A stretch of 64,000 bases of DNA, taken from assembly GCA_964597545.1 (NCBI GenBank), contig CAZQXN010000004.1:6683-70682 (forward strand), read 5' to 3'. Origin of the DNA: an uncultured Planctomycetia bacterium (lineage in GTDB: Bacteria; Omnitrophota; Gorgyraeia; 1-14-0-20-64-10). Positions 1 through 9,809 of this stretch are shown here, in pieces. Numbering within the stretch: position 1 is the stretch's first letter; each line of letters opens with the position of its first letter. The translations under genes were made by a program, and so were the position numbers. The notes under the pieces were generated by a model. The model was not told where the DNA came from, made no database searches, and worked only from the letters and a program-made list of their open reading frames with translations.

Positions 1-821
1 TCGATCGCTCCAAACAGCTTCCGATGGTGGTGGCCTCCCAGGAAGGGGGTGTTTCGATCGAGGAAACAGCGGTCTCCCGCCCCGAGGCGATTCTCACCAC
101 CCCCTTTGATCCTTTGCTGGGTCTCTATCCCTATCAGGCGCGTCGGATTATCAAAGGACTCAAGCTTCCAAAGGAGTATGAGTCTGCGGCCATCCAACAG
201 CTGGTTACACTTTCCCGCGGATTCTTCTCCAGCGATGCCTCGCTGGTAGAGATCAACCCCTGGGCGTTAACGAAGGAGCTGGGGCTGGTGGCACTGGATG
301 CCAAGCTGACCTTAGATGACAACGGCCTCTTTCGCCATCCAGAGTGGAACGAGCACAAAACCGCAGATGCCGACAGCCCCATCGAGGCCAAAGCCCGAGA
401 GATTGGCATCAACTACGTGGGATTGGAGGGAGCAGTGGGCTGCATGGTCAACGGTGCTGGGCTTGCGATGGCCACGATGGATTTGATCAAGCTGCACGGT
501 GGAGAGCCGGCCAATTTTTTGGATGTCGGGGGCGGCGCAGATGTCCATCAGGTTCGGGAGGCCTTCAAGCTGATCTTGGCCGATTCCAAGGTGAAGTCCG
601 TCCTCATCAATATCTTTGGCGGGATCATGCAGTGCGATGTAATTGCCCAAGGAATTGTTGAGGCTGCCAGCACGATCAAAGTCCAAGTTCCCTTGGTGGT
701 TCGCCTGGAGGGAACAAATGTTGAGCAAGGCCGCAAGCTTCTGGAGCAGTCCAAGCTTGGGCTCATCACTGCCGCTGACATGGATGAGGCTGCTCGGAAG
801 GTGGTGGAGGCGGCCCGATGA
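1..821 (+). CDS. sucC: Succinyl-CoA synthetase beta subunit, 5'-truncated by the window edge
   Basis: Motifs [53 protein letters not shown] and VVRLEGTN. The frame is open to the window start and overlaps the sucD start. Confidence 0.97.
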   Translation, partial: DRSKQLPMVVASQEGGVSIEETAVSRPEAILTTPFDPLLGLYPYQARRIIKGLKLPKEYESAAIQQLVTLSRGFFSSDASLVEINPWALTKELGLVALDAKLTLDDNGLFRHPEWNEHKTADADSPIEAKAREIGINYVGLEGAVGCMVNGAGLAMATMDLIKLHGGEPANFLDVGGGADVHQVREAFKLILADSKVKSVLINIFGGIMQCDVIAQGIVEAASTIKVQVPLVVRLEGTNVEQGRKLLEQSKLGLITAADMDEAARKVVEAAR

Positions 822-1738
822 GTGTTTTCCTGGATAAGACCACTCGGGTTATCGTTCAGGGGATTACCGGCAGGGCCGGTTCGTTCCACGCGACCCAGAT
901 GCTGGAGTATGGCACGCAGATTGTTGGGGGTGTTACCCCAGGGCGAGGCGGACAGCAGTGGGGGGAGCTTCCGATCTTTGATACCGTTGAGGAGGCGGTG
1001 GAAAAAACAGGCGCCACCGCCACCGCCATCTTTGTCCCTGCCCCACTGGGAGCCGATGCCATCTTAGAGGCCGTAGAGTCCAAGGTGAATCTGATTGTTG
1101 TCATCACTGAAGGTATCCCGGCACAAGAGATGCTTAAGGTCAAAGCGGTGCTTAAAAACAAAAGGGGTCAGACCCCCAAAGAGAAGGGGTCAGACCCTGT
1201 GATCATCGGTCCCAACGGCCCTGGGATCATTACCCCGGGCGAGGCTAAAATCGGCATCATGCCCGGCTACATCCACCGCCCAGGTTCCATCGGGGTGGTA
1301 TCTCGCTCCGGCACCTTAACCTATGAGGCAGTTTGGCAGTTGACCCAACTGGAGTTAGGACAATCCACCTGTATTGGCGTTGGTGGGGATACCCTCCCTG
1401 GAACCGGCTTTGTTGAGATTTTGGAATGTTTTGAGGCTGATCCTGCCACGCGCGCCATAGTTCTGATCGGTGAGATCGGAGGCTCTGCCGAAGAAGAGGC
1501 CGCTCGTTTCATCCGCGCCCGTGTTCATAAGCCGGTCGTTGCTTTTGTAGCCGGAGCTACCGCACCCGCGGAAAAGCGCATGGGTCATGCCGGCGCGGTG
1601 ATTGCCCAGGGGAAGGGGACCCATGCCTCCAAGATTGAGGCTCTAACTCAAGCCGGTGTCACCGTGGCCCAGAACCCTGCCCTCATTGGAAAGACCCTTG
1701 CCGAATGCCTTGCCGGACACAAGAAGCATGTAGGATGA
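818..1738 (+). CDS. sucD: Succinyl-CoA synthetase alpha subunit
   Basis: [41 protein letters not shown] and RMGHAGA (phospho-His). Carries a short in-frame palindromic insert ([13 protein letters not shown]). Confidence 0.97.
   Translation: MSVFLDKTTRVIVQGITGRAGSFHATQMLEYGTQIVGGVTPGRGGQQWGELPIFDTVEEAVEKTGATATAIFVPAPLGADAILEAVESKVNLIVVITEGIPAQEMLKVKAVLKNKRGQTPKEKGSDPVIIGPNGPGIITPGEAKIGIMPGYIHRPGSIGVVSRSGTLTYEAVWQLTQLELGQSTCIGVGGDTLPGTGFVEILECFEADPATRAIVLIGEIGGSAEEEAARFIRARVHKPVVAFVAGATAPAEKRMGHAGAVIAQGKGTHASKIEALTQAGVTVAQNPALIGKTLAECLAGHKKHVG
1161..1198. repeat. REP-like GGGGTCAGACCC doublet inside sucD
   Basis: aaaggggtcagacccccaaagagaaggggtcagaccct. The same GGGTCAGACCC unit recurs at about 21433 and 57034. 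Confidence 0.75.
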
Positions 1739-3678
1739 ACAAGCGCTGCCGGTTCTGGCTCTTGATCTGCGCAGCGGGCGCGGGTCTTGCGCTTGTTCGC
1801 TGGGTCTGGGCTGAGACTGCGGAGTTCATTACCTACTACCCCACCGCAGCCGGCATTGCCGCAACCAACACAGACAGCCTTGCCATCGGCTCTGCCTACT
1901 CCGGCCAGGTCCCTCCGGACGGCTCCCTCTGGGTAGCCGACAGAATCGGGATAGGCACCACAAGCCCCCAGGGCATCCTTCATGCAGTGGGTGTGGATGA
2001 TGCGACAAGCCTCGTCATCTTCAAAGAGGGCACAGATACCGCAGCCACAGGCGCCCCAGCAATCCGTGTTGGAATCGGCACAGACAGCCCGACCAAACAG
2101 TTGAGCTTAACCGGCAACCTGAGACTCCCCCCAACCACTGCAACCTCAGGCGTTCCAGATGGCGGGGCGATCTATCTTGGCACCAACCCCTTCATCCACG
2201 CCTACGGCACCGACAATACCTTTGCCGGTGCCAATGCCGGCAATTTCACCTTGACCACAGCAGAGGCCGCCCAAAACACCGGCATCGGCACCTCAGCCCT
2301 AGCGGGCCTTACCACAGGCAGCGACAACACAGCCGTAGGCTACCAGGCCCTAAACGCCAACACCACAGGGGCGCACAACGTTGCCGTGGGATCCGAGGCG
2401 ATGCTCGAGAACACCACCGGATCCTACAACGTCGCCGCTGGCGGCGAGGCCTTAGAGAGCAACACCACTGGAGAACACAACGTTGCAGTCGGCCGGCAGG
2501 CCCTTCAGGCCAGCCAAACAGCAGACGCCAATGTTGCTGTTGGCAGCGAGGCGCTTACCGTCAATACCACAGGGACCCTCAATGTTGCCGTGGGTTACCA
2601 GGCGCTGCACTCGAATACCACCGGCAACTACAATGTTGCCATAGGCGCAGAAGCGCTCCAATCCAACGTCACCGGGGAGCACAACACCGCTGTCGGTACT
2701 CAGGCGCTCTTAGCGAATACCGCAAGCAACAATACCGCTTTCGGCCACCGGGCCTTAGCCGCCAATACCACCGGCGTCAACAATTCTGCTTTTGGTGCGC
2801 AGGCCCTGATGAGCAACACCACCGGAAGCAACAACACCGCTTTTGGCGCCTATGCTCTTGAGAGTAACACCACCGGAAGCAACAACGTTGCCGTTGGGGT
2901 CCAAGCACTCTACAACAACGATGCTGACGGTAATGTTGCCGTGGGCCGCTCCGCTCTGCAGGCCAATGTCGCAGGGACCCACAATGTTGCAGTGGGCTAC
3001 TATGCAGGGGCCAATGCTACCGGAAACGGCAATGTTTTTGTTGGATATTCCGCAGGCCCTACCAGTGCGTCATCCGACTCTAACAGGCTTTACATCGACA
3101 ACTCTGCTTCCGACACCCCCTTGATCTACGGCGACTTCACCGATGGAAGTGAGCTCGCTGCCGTAAACGGCAACCTGGGTGTCGGTACCTCCACCTTTGG
3201 TACCGGTGCCGTTGGCGTGCTCGCCATCGCAGAGGGCACCATCCCCACCTCAAGCTCGGCCAACCAAATCCAGCTTTACGCGCAGAAGGTTACCGGAAAA
3301 GCAGAGCTCAAAGTCCTAGACGAAGCCGGCAACATTACCACACTCTCCCCCCACAACTTCACGCTCATCCCCCAAGGCCCCAGCGAACCTCTCGCCTGGT
3401 CCTTCTACTCCGAGCGAGGAGAGGCCGCCATCAACGTAGATCTGCTCAAAGCCATCCGCTTAGTCGAGCATCTCACCGGCGAACAGATCGCATATTTTAA
3501 AACACAGCAACCCACCCCCCTCCAACAGCATGACAAACCCAGTTTAAGAGAGATCCGTAACCAGATCACCGCCCTGAAAACCCACAACCGCCTGCTTCAA
3601 CAGCGGTTGGATACCGGGGAAAGACAGCTTTCTCTTCTTGAAGAAACACTTCACCGCCTGCGGGAGGAGATACAGTGA
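1735..3678 (+). CDS. Secreted beta-helix repeat (trimeric adhesin/tail-fibre-like) protein, paralog 1
   Basis: Signal peptide, then [12 protein letters not shown] and IGIGTTSP motifs, many approximately 14-17 aa N(T/V)AVG..AL..NTTG repeats, a TTLSPHNF domain and a terminal coiled coil. The ATG at 1735 overlaps the sucD stop. Confidence 0.8.
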   Translation: MNKRCRFWLLICAAGAGLALVRWVWAETAEFITYYPTAAGIAATNTDSLAIGSAYSGQVPPDGSLWVADRIGIGTTSPQGILHAVGVDDATSLVIFKEGTDTAATGAPAIRVGIGTDSPTKQLSLTGNLRLPPTTATSGVPDGGAIYLGTNPFIHAYGTDNTFAGANAGNFTLTTAEAAQNTGIGTSALAGLTTGSDNTAVGYQALNANTTGAHNVAVGSEAMLENTTGSYNVAAGGEALESNTTGEHNVAVGRQALQASQTADANVAVGSEALTVNTTGTLNVAVGYQALHSNTTGNYNVAIGAEALQSNVTGEHNTAVGTQALLANTASNNTAFGHRALAANTTGVNNSAFGAQALMSNTTGSNNTAFGAYALESNTTGSNNVAVGVQALYNNDADGNVAVGRSALQANVAGTHNVAVGYYAGANATGNGNVFVGYSAGPTSASSDSNRLYIDNSASDTPLIYGDFTDGSELAAVNGNLGVGTSTFGTGAVGVLAIAEGTIPTSSSANQIQLYAQKVTGKAELKVLDEAGNITTLSPHNFTLIPQGPSEPLAWSFYSERGEAAINVDLLKAIRLVEHLTGEQIAYFKTQQPTPLQQHDKPSLREIRNQITALKTHNRLLQQRLDTGERQLSLLEETLHRLREEIQ

Positions 3679-5606
3679 TCCCCCGCCTTAGAACCGGACG
3701 CAAGGTCTCCTTCTTGCTGGCGGGGCTCTTCCTAGTTCGTTTGGCGTGGGCCGAGACCGTAGAGTTGGTCACCTCTTACCCCACCACCGCAGGAGGAGGA
3801 ATCATCAACACCGACAGCCTTGCCGTCGGTTCTGACTACTCCGGCCAAACCCCCCCTGACGGCACCCTCTTAGTTGCCGACAAGGTCGCTATCGGTACCA
3901 CCACCCCTGCCGGCCCCCTCCATGCAGTGGGTGTGGATGACGCAGCGAGTCTCGTCATCTTCGAGGAGGGCACCGACACCGCAGCCACAGGCACCCCAGA
4001 GATCCGCTTAGGGTTAGGCACAGACACCCCCCAAGAACAGCTTCACTTAACCGGTAACCTCATTCTCCCCAAGACCACCGCCACCTCTGGAGCTATTTAT
4101 CTTGGCGCCGACCCCTTTATCCACGGCTATCATGACGCCTACAACAACCTCTTTGTGGGTGCCCAGGCAGGCAACTTTACGATGGACAGCTCTGCCAGCT
4201 GCAACATCGGCATAGGGGCCCTTGCACTCAATGGTTTAACTGAAGAGGGGCAGAATACCGGTGTCGGCTACAAAACCTTCTTTTCCACCACAGAGGGGAA
4301 TAGGAGCGTTGCCGTGGGCAGCAAGGCTCTCAGCAGCCACATGACCGGAGATATGCAGGTTGCCATCGGCGCAGATGCTATGTTGGCGGATGAAGCGGGG
4401 TTCGGAAGCGTTGCCGTAGGATGCGCAGCGTTGTCAGAGCATACCTTCGTTGCAAATAATGTCGCTATTGGGTACGGGGTCATGAACGAACTTACCGCAA
4501 ACAGCAGCGTTGCTGTGGGGTACTTTGCCATGCACGCTTCCGTCAACCCCATAGCCCCCGTTGCCATCGGAGCGCATGCGCTTGAAAACATGGAAAGCGG
4601 ACATTATCAAAATGCTGTGGGCGCCTTAGCCCTATCTTCGAGCACCGCTGCCGACTACAACACCGCTGTAGGCTTCTCTGCCTTGCAGAACAACACAATC
4701 GGTGAGGCCAACGATGCTTTTGGGGCGTATGCGCTTAACGACAACACCACCATGGACAGCAATATTGCCATAGGCACGTATGCTCTGATGCACAATACTG
4801 TTGGGATACAAAACCTTGCTGTTGGGGTCGAGGCTGTCCGCAATTCCAGTAACCACCGCAACCTTGCATTGGGCAGGTCTGCTTTACGAGACAGCACAAC
4901 AGGGCGGAATAATGTTGTGATCGGTTTTGAAGCAGGGGTCAGTGCAACCGGAAATTACAACGTCTTTATTGGTTCGCAGGCCGGCAGCAATGAGACCGGC
5001 GACAACACCCTCTACATCGAAAACTCCGCTTCCTCCACCCCCTTGATCTACGGTGAGTTTGACAACGATCTGATCGCCATCAACGGCAACCTGGGTGTCG
5101 GTACCTCCACCTTTGGCACCGGTGCCGTTGGCGTGCTCGCCATCGCAGAGGGCACCATCCCCGGCTCAAGCCCGGCCAACCAAATCCAGCTCTACGCAGA
5201 AGAGGTCTCCTCCAGCTCAGAGCTCAAGGTCCGCGATGAAGGTGGCACCATCACCACACTCTCCCCCCACAACTTTACGCTCATCCCCCAAGGCCCCAGC
5301 GAGCCGATGGCTTGGTCCTTTTACTCCAAGCGGGGAACCCAGGCCATCAACGCCGACATACTCAAAACAGTTCGCCTCATCGAAAAGCTTTCCGGCGAGC
5401 AGCTTGTCTGGATCAAGAGCCTAAGCAGCCCACAGCCCCCTCCATCCCAGACAGCAACAGAGCCTTCCGCCTTACTCCTTGTCCAGCAGGAGCTCGAAAC
5501 CCTCAAGGCCCAGAATCAAATCCTCAGGCAGCGCCTCAAGCAACAGAGAGGGCGCATCCAATCCTTTCAAGGAGCCCTTCAGCAGCTTAAGGAGCTCCTC
5601 CGATGA
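3675..5606 (+). CDS. Secreted beta-helix repeat adhesin-like protein, paralog 2
   Basis: Same architecture as 1735-3678, with near-identical flanking domains and a more degenerate repeat core. GTGA overlap with paralog 1. Confidence 0.8.
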   Translation: MIPRLRTGRKVSFLLAGLFLVRLAWAETVELVTSYPTTAGGGIINTDSLAVGSDYSGQTPPDGTLLVADKVAIGTTTPAGPLHAVGVDDAASLVIFEEGTDTAATGTPEIRLGLGTDTPQEQLHLTGNLILPKTTATSGAIYLGADPFIHGYHDAYNNLFVGAQAGNFTMDSSASCNIGIGALALNGLTEEGQNTGVGYKTFFSTTEGNRSVAVGSKALSSHMTGDMQVAIGADAMLADEAGFGSVAVGCAALSEHTFVANNVAIGYGVMNELTANSSVAVGYFAMHASVNPIAPVAIGAHALENMESGHYQNAVGALALSSSTAADYNTAVGFSALQNNTIGEANDAFGAYALNDNTTMDSNIAIGTYALMHNTVGIQNLAVGVEAVRNSSNHRNLALGRSALRDSTTGRNNVVIGFEAGVSATGNYNVFIGSQAGSNETGDNTLYIENSASSTPLIYGEFDNDLIAINGNLGVGTSTFGTGAVGVLAIAEGTIPGSSPANQIQLYAEEVSSSSELKVRDEGGTITTLSPHNFTLIPQGPSEPMAWSFYSKRGTQAINADILKTVRLIEKLSGEQLVWIKSLSSPQPPPSQTATEPSALLLVQQELETLKAQNQILRQRLKQQRGRIQSFQGALQQLKELLR

Positions 5607-7690
5607 CCTTGCGATCAATCCGACACTGGGCCCTCTTGTTCTTGGCAGTTGCCTCCTTTACCTGGCTGGCCCGGGCAGACACCGTGGAATTCACCATCTA
5701 CCACCCGGTCTCAACCGGTGCCGGAGGAACACACGCCGATGAACTGGCCATCGGATCTACCTACTCCAGCGAGACCCCCGGCGACGGCAGCTTAATCGTC
5801 GCCGACCGCTTAGGGATAGGGACCACCAGCCCCGCAGGCCCCCTCCATGTGGTAGGTGTGGACGACACAACCAGCTACGTCATCTTCAAGGAAGGGGCCA
5901 ACACCGCAGCTGCCGGCACCCCGGAGATCCGCGTAGGACTCGGCACCGACGACCCCCAAGAACAACTTCACTTAACCGGTAACCTCAGACTCCCCCCAAC
6001 CACCGTTGACTACGGCTACAAAGCTGGAGTCATCTATACCGACCCCGAAGGTTCCCTGAACCACTATATTCACGGTGATGGTGTTTCAGGAACCTTTATT
6101 GGAAGAGGAGCGGGCAATCTGGTGGTTGATTCCGCGATTGCCCGAAACGTTGGTATCGGCCGATCTGCCCTTTGTGATCCGGACTATACCGGATCAGACA
6201 ATACGGCTGTGGGGGGCAGCGCCTTAAGCTTCAATGAAGATGGGCAGTGGAATGTGGTTGTTGGAGATAGTGCGATGGCTTACAATCTTTCCGGGACTTC
6301 AAATACCGCTTTGGGCCTTTCTGCACTCAATAGCAACACAACCGGCAACTCCAACGTTGCTCTGGGATACAACGCTTTGGTTCAGAACACGACAGGGAGT
6401 TTTAACACTGCTGTTGGGGTGCGCACTTTAACTCAAAGTGCCGACGGCGAAAGGAATGTGGCCGTTGGAGCCAACGCCCTCAGGGACAATCAGGCTGTCG
6501 GCAGCAATGTGGCAGTCGGCGCTGGAGCGCTTGCATCAAATACTACCGGAGAGGGAAATGTTGCCGTAGGCATTGCCTGCCTCGGGCGAAATAGTACCGC
6601 AGATCACAATACGGGCATAGGTCGCTTTGCGCTGTGGGAAAACACCACAGGCTCAGAAAATTCGGTTTTGAGCGGATGGGAGGGTGGCAAAGACAACACA
6701 ACCGGAAGCAGTAACACCGGCGCAGGGTGTAGGGTTCTCTACAGGAATACAACAGCGAGCGACCAAGTTGCGCTGGGTGGGATGGCGCTTGGTAACAGTG
6801 CTCTTGGGGACGGCAGCGTTGGGATTGGCCAATCCGCACTTGCCGCAGATCAGGCAGGGCCCAACAACGTTGTCATTGGCTATGAGGCGGGAAAGTTAGC
6901 TTGCGGTGCCGGCTGCGTCTTTATCGGAAACTGGGTTGGTAGAAGCGAGATGGATAGCGAACAACTCCACATCGATAACTCCTCCACAGACACCCCCTTG
7001 ATCTGCGGTGAGTTCACCGATGGCAGCGAGCTCGTCACCGTAAACCACAACTTAGGTGTTGGCACCGCCACCTTTGGCACCGGTGCCGTTGGCGTGCTCG
7101 CCATCGCCAACGGCGCTATCCCCACCTCAAGCCCGGCCGACCAGATCCAGCTCTACGCTCAGGATGTGGATCAAGGAGGCGGCACCATGCGCTCAGAGCT
7201 TTATGTCCGGGACGAAGCCGGCAATCCGCCCACAAAGCTCTCGGATCCACCCCTGGTGGCAGCTCGCCTCACACCCGGGATCCCGGAGGATTGCAGCAAT
7301 GTGACTGCACTCTCCCCCCATAACTTCTCCCTGATCCCTGGGGGTCCCAGTGAACCGATGGCCTGGTCCTTCTACTCTGAACGTGGAGATACCGCCATCA
7401 ACGTAGACATGCTCAGAGTCGTCCGCTTGGTGGAGCAGATCTCTGGTGAGCACCTCGTCTACCTCAAAGATCTCAAAGCCGGTCAATATTTCCTGCAGCT
7501 GGCCGACATGAAAGAGCTTCCCAGCATAAAACAGTTGAGCGAGCAGGTCGCCACCGTCGGCGCTGAGCAGCGTGCTTTCGAACAGGAGTTGGCAGCGCAG
7601 GAGGAAGATCTGCGCCTCATCCAAGAAATGCTAACCGGGGACGGTCCATTTGGGGACACACCGTGGTCGGCCATTGCGAAAAGGCAGTAG
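5603..7690 (+). CDS. Secreted beta-helix repeat adhesin-like protein, paralog 3
   Basis: Same architecture, with an ATGA overlap. Has a 25-aa insertion before SPHNF, and its 3' end runs through the left inverted repeat of the RAYT element. Confidence 0.8.
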   Translation: MTLRSIRHWALLFLAVASFTWLARADTVEFTIYHPVSTGAGGTHADELAIGSTYSSETPGDGSLIVADRLGIGTTSPAGPLHVVGVDDTTSYVIFKEGANTAAAGTPEIRVGLGTDDPQEQLHLTGNLRLPPTTVDYGYKAGVIYTDPEGSLNHYIHGDGVSGTFIGRGAGNLVVDSAIARNVGIGRSALCDPDYTGSDNTAVGGSALSFNEDGQWNVVVGDSAMAYNLSGTSNTALGLSALNSNTTGNSNVALGYNALVQNTTGSFNTAVGVRTLTQSADGERNVAVGANALRDNQAVGSNVAVGAGALASNTTGEGNVAVGIACLGRNSTADHNTGIGRFALWENTTGSENSVLSGWEGGKDNTTGSSNTGAGCRVLYRNTTASDQVALGGMALGNSALGDGSVGIGQSALAADQAGPNNVVIGYEAGKLACGAGCVFIGNWVGRSEMDSEQLHIDNSSTDTPLICGEFTDGSELVTVNHNLGVGTATFGTGAVGVLAIANGAIPTSSPADQIQLYAQDVDQGGGTMRSELYVRDEAGNPPTKLSDPPLVAARLTPGIPEDCSNVTALSPHNFSLIPGGPSEPMAWSFYSERGDTAINVDMLRVVRLVEQISGEHLVYLKDLKAGQYFLQLADMKELPSIKQLSEQVATVGAEQRAFEQELAAQEEDLRLIQEMLTGDGPFGDTPWSAIAKRQ

Positions 7691-8451
7691 TTAATAGAGG
7701 GCGCGATAGAGAAGAAGCAAGTTTCCTATTTCTGACATAATATTGATAATATGCAAAATCTTGTGGTATGCTGTCGATCGGGTAATAAAACATGCCACGA
7801 GTTGCAAGACAAGCCAGTGCGGCGGGATATTATCATGTTGTAGCCAGAGGGCATAACCGTCAGGCCATCTTCCGGGATTCCCAAGACTACCAACAATACC
7901 TCATCTATTTGTCACGTTTTAAAGAAGCGCCATCCTGTCGCTGTTACCATTTCTGCCTTATGCCGAATCATCTCCATTTGTTGCTTGGGATGGATTCTGT
8001 GCGTTCTCTCACTGGGATGATGCGACGAGTGCAGCAGGCATACCAGTTTCATTGGCGTCGTCGCTATGATCTCGTAGGCAATCTTTGGCAGGGAAGGTTT
8101 AAGAGTATTCCGGTTGATCAAGACGAGTACTTATTGGAGGCCAGTCGCTATATTGAACGGAATCCCGTCCGGGCGAAATTATGCGTTCTTCCTGAAGACT
8201 ATCCGTGGTCGAGCGCTCACCTTTACCTTAAGGAGCGAAGCAAAGGGTGCGGTTTGCTTGATTTGAGCCCGGCGTACTTGATGTTAGGTTCCAGCGAAGA
8301 GAAGAGACGGCAACGGTACCGGGAACACATAATGCAAGTACGGCCATATGACCAATTGGTTGACGCACAGATGGAGCGACTGATTTGATGTGCAACGAGG
8401 ACACCTTCCCGGTCAAGGTGATGTAGGTGTGTCCCCAAATGGACCGTCCCC
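7637..8451. mobile_element. RAYT/Y1-transposase unit bounded by a perfect 26-bp inverted repeat
   Basis: ggggacggtccatttggggacacacc (7637-7662) is the exact reverse complement of ggtgtgtccccaaatggaccgtcccc (8426-8451). The pair encloses the transposase gene and an AT-rich promoter region. Confidence 0.8.
7792..8388 (+). CDS. REP-associated tyrosine transposase (RAYT, IS200/Y1 HUH family)
   Basis: MPR.AR..., YHVVARGHNRQAIF, CLMPNHLHLL (HUH motif), LWQGRFKS, YIERNPVRA (catalytic Tyr) and YPWSS. Confidence 0.92.
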   Translation: MPRVARQASAAGYYHVVARGHNRQAIFRDSQDYQQYLIYLSRFKEAPSCRCYHFCLMPNHLHLLLGMDSVRSLTGMMRRVQQAYQFHWRRRYDLVGNLWQGRFKSIPVDQDEYLLEASRYIERNPVRAKLCVLPEDYPWSSAHLYLKERSKGCGLLDLSPAYLMLGSSEEKRRQRYREHIMQVRPYDQLVDAQMERLI

Positions 8452-9809
8452 TATTGGGTTTGGCCGGTAAAGGTAAAGTCCTTCAACAGCACAGCCGGGG
8501 TGACCACCGAGGTAGCGCCTGAGATCGGATCGGCCACCAGACGAACCTCCTCGGAAAGGGCCTGGATTTTTGAGAAGGCCTGAAGAATCGACTGCGTAAA
8601 CCGTAAATTCTTCACAGCGCTCACCACCCTACCTCTCTCCACCAGAAAGGTTCCGTCTCGAGTCAACCCCGTCATCAAGGCCTGCTGTGTGTCGAGCAGC
8701 CCGTTGACGTAGTGGAAGCGAGTAATCCATAGCCCTCGATCCATACATTGAAGCATTTGGTGATGCGGTACCTTACCCGGGGCCACACAGAGATGGGCGG
8801 CCCCGGGCCCTTCGGCGGCTTCGTCAAAGGCAGGGGCATGCCCGGTGGAGTGGCGGTGGTACAGCTTGGCGTATTGGCTGTCAAAGACCACCCCGCGGGC
8901 CCGTCCCCCCTCAACCAGCGGTACGCGCCTCTTCGGGATCCCTTCAAAATCAAAGGGAGTTGCCAGCCCGCGGGTATCGGTACCGTCATCCCAGATCGAC
9001 AGCGTTGGATGCATGAGTTGCTCTCCCATGCGGCCTGCAAAACAGCTGGTTCGCTCATGCAGCTGTTTGGCCCCAAAGGCGATGGTGGAAAGCCACTCCA
9101 CCAATTCCGCCACCGCCTCGGGCTCAAGCAGGACATTGTACTTCCCCAACCGGATGGTTTTGGAGTTCCTGTTATGCCTGCAGTGGTCCAGGGCTTGCTG
9201 TAGAAGGGACTGTGGGTTGAGGGTCTTGGGGTCGCGAACAGCCCCTGCTGCAAAGCCAGAAGCCTTGCCTTGGGTGGGAATCAATCTTAAGCCCGTGGTT
9301 GAGAAGGGCTGATACTGCGCAAGCCCCCCAGAGCCTACCACGCAGAACTCCTCCTCTCCTGTTGCAAAGGAGCCGGCCAAGTCCATTCCAGCGCGGTGGG
9401 TTTGTTGGGAGAGCTCTCGGATCATTCGGATGTTCTTGGTCAGGTTCTGGCGGTGATCCACTGGGAAGTGCGTCTTGATGGGGGCGGGTTTTTCGCGGGG
9501 TGGATGCGCGCTGAAGGCCGGTGCAGTCTGCTTGCTGGGGAGCCGTGCAATTTGAAGCGCAGAGGCAATCGCGCAAGTGAGTGCACGGTCGCTCAGTGAA
9601 GATGTGGTGGCAACCCCGGCGCGCCCCTCTGCCGCTACCTTGACCCAGACGGTGACATCCTCCTCATGGAAATTTTGATGAATGGCACCCCCGGCAAAGC
9701 GCAGGGTAGTCTTGGCGCCCCGCTGTACGGTTAAAAGGGTCTCATCGGCCGGTGATCTCTTTGCCGCCTCCTTAAGTACAGTCACCATGCGGGATTTACC
9801 CAGGAGCAT
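8451..9809 (-). CDS. tldE: TldE/PmbA family protein
   Basis: Y.VLLEPEAVAELV, PFDFEG.P, TGLTRDGTFLVERG and VKNLRFTQS. Directly downstream of tldD; no HExxxH motif. Confidence 0.88.
   Translation of the reverse strand: MLLGKSRMVTVLKEAAKRSPADETLLTVQRGAKTTLRFAGGAIHQNFHEEDVTVWVKVAAEGRAGVATTSSLSDRALTCAIASALQIARLPSKQTAPAFSAHPPREKPAPIKTHFPVDHRQNLTKNIRMIRELSQQTHRAGMDLAGSFATGEEEFCVVGSGGLAQYQPFSTTGLRLIPTQGKASGFAAGAVRDPKTLNPQSLLQQALDHCRHNRNSKTIRLGKYNVLLEPEAVAELVEWLSTIAFGAKQLHERTSCFAGRMGEQLMHPTLSIWDDGTDTRGLATPFDFEGIPKRRVPLVEGGRARGVVFDSQYAKLYHRHSTGHAPAFDEAAEGPGAAHLCVAPGKVPHHQMLQCMDRGLWITRFHYVNGLLDTQQALMTGLTRDGTFLVERGRVVSAVKNLRFTQSILQAFSKIQALSEEVRLVADPISGATSVVTPAVLLKDFTFTGQTQ

Noticed and set aside
1735-7690. 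Prophage tail-fibre region
   Set aside because: The proteins have Sec-type signal peptides and there are no phage structural, terminase or integrase genes nearby.
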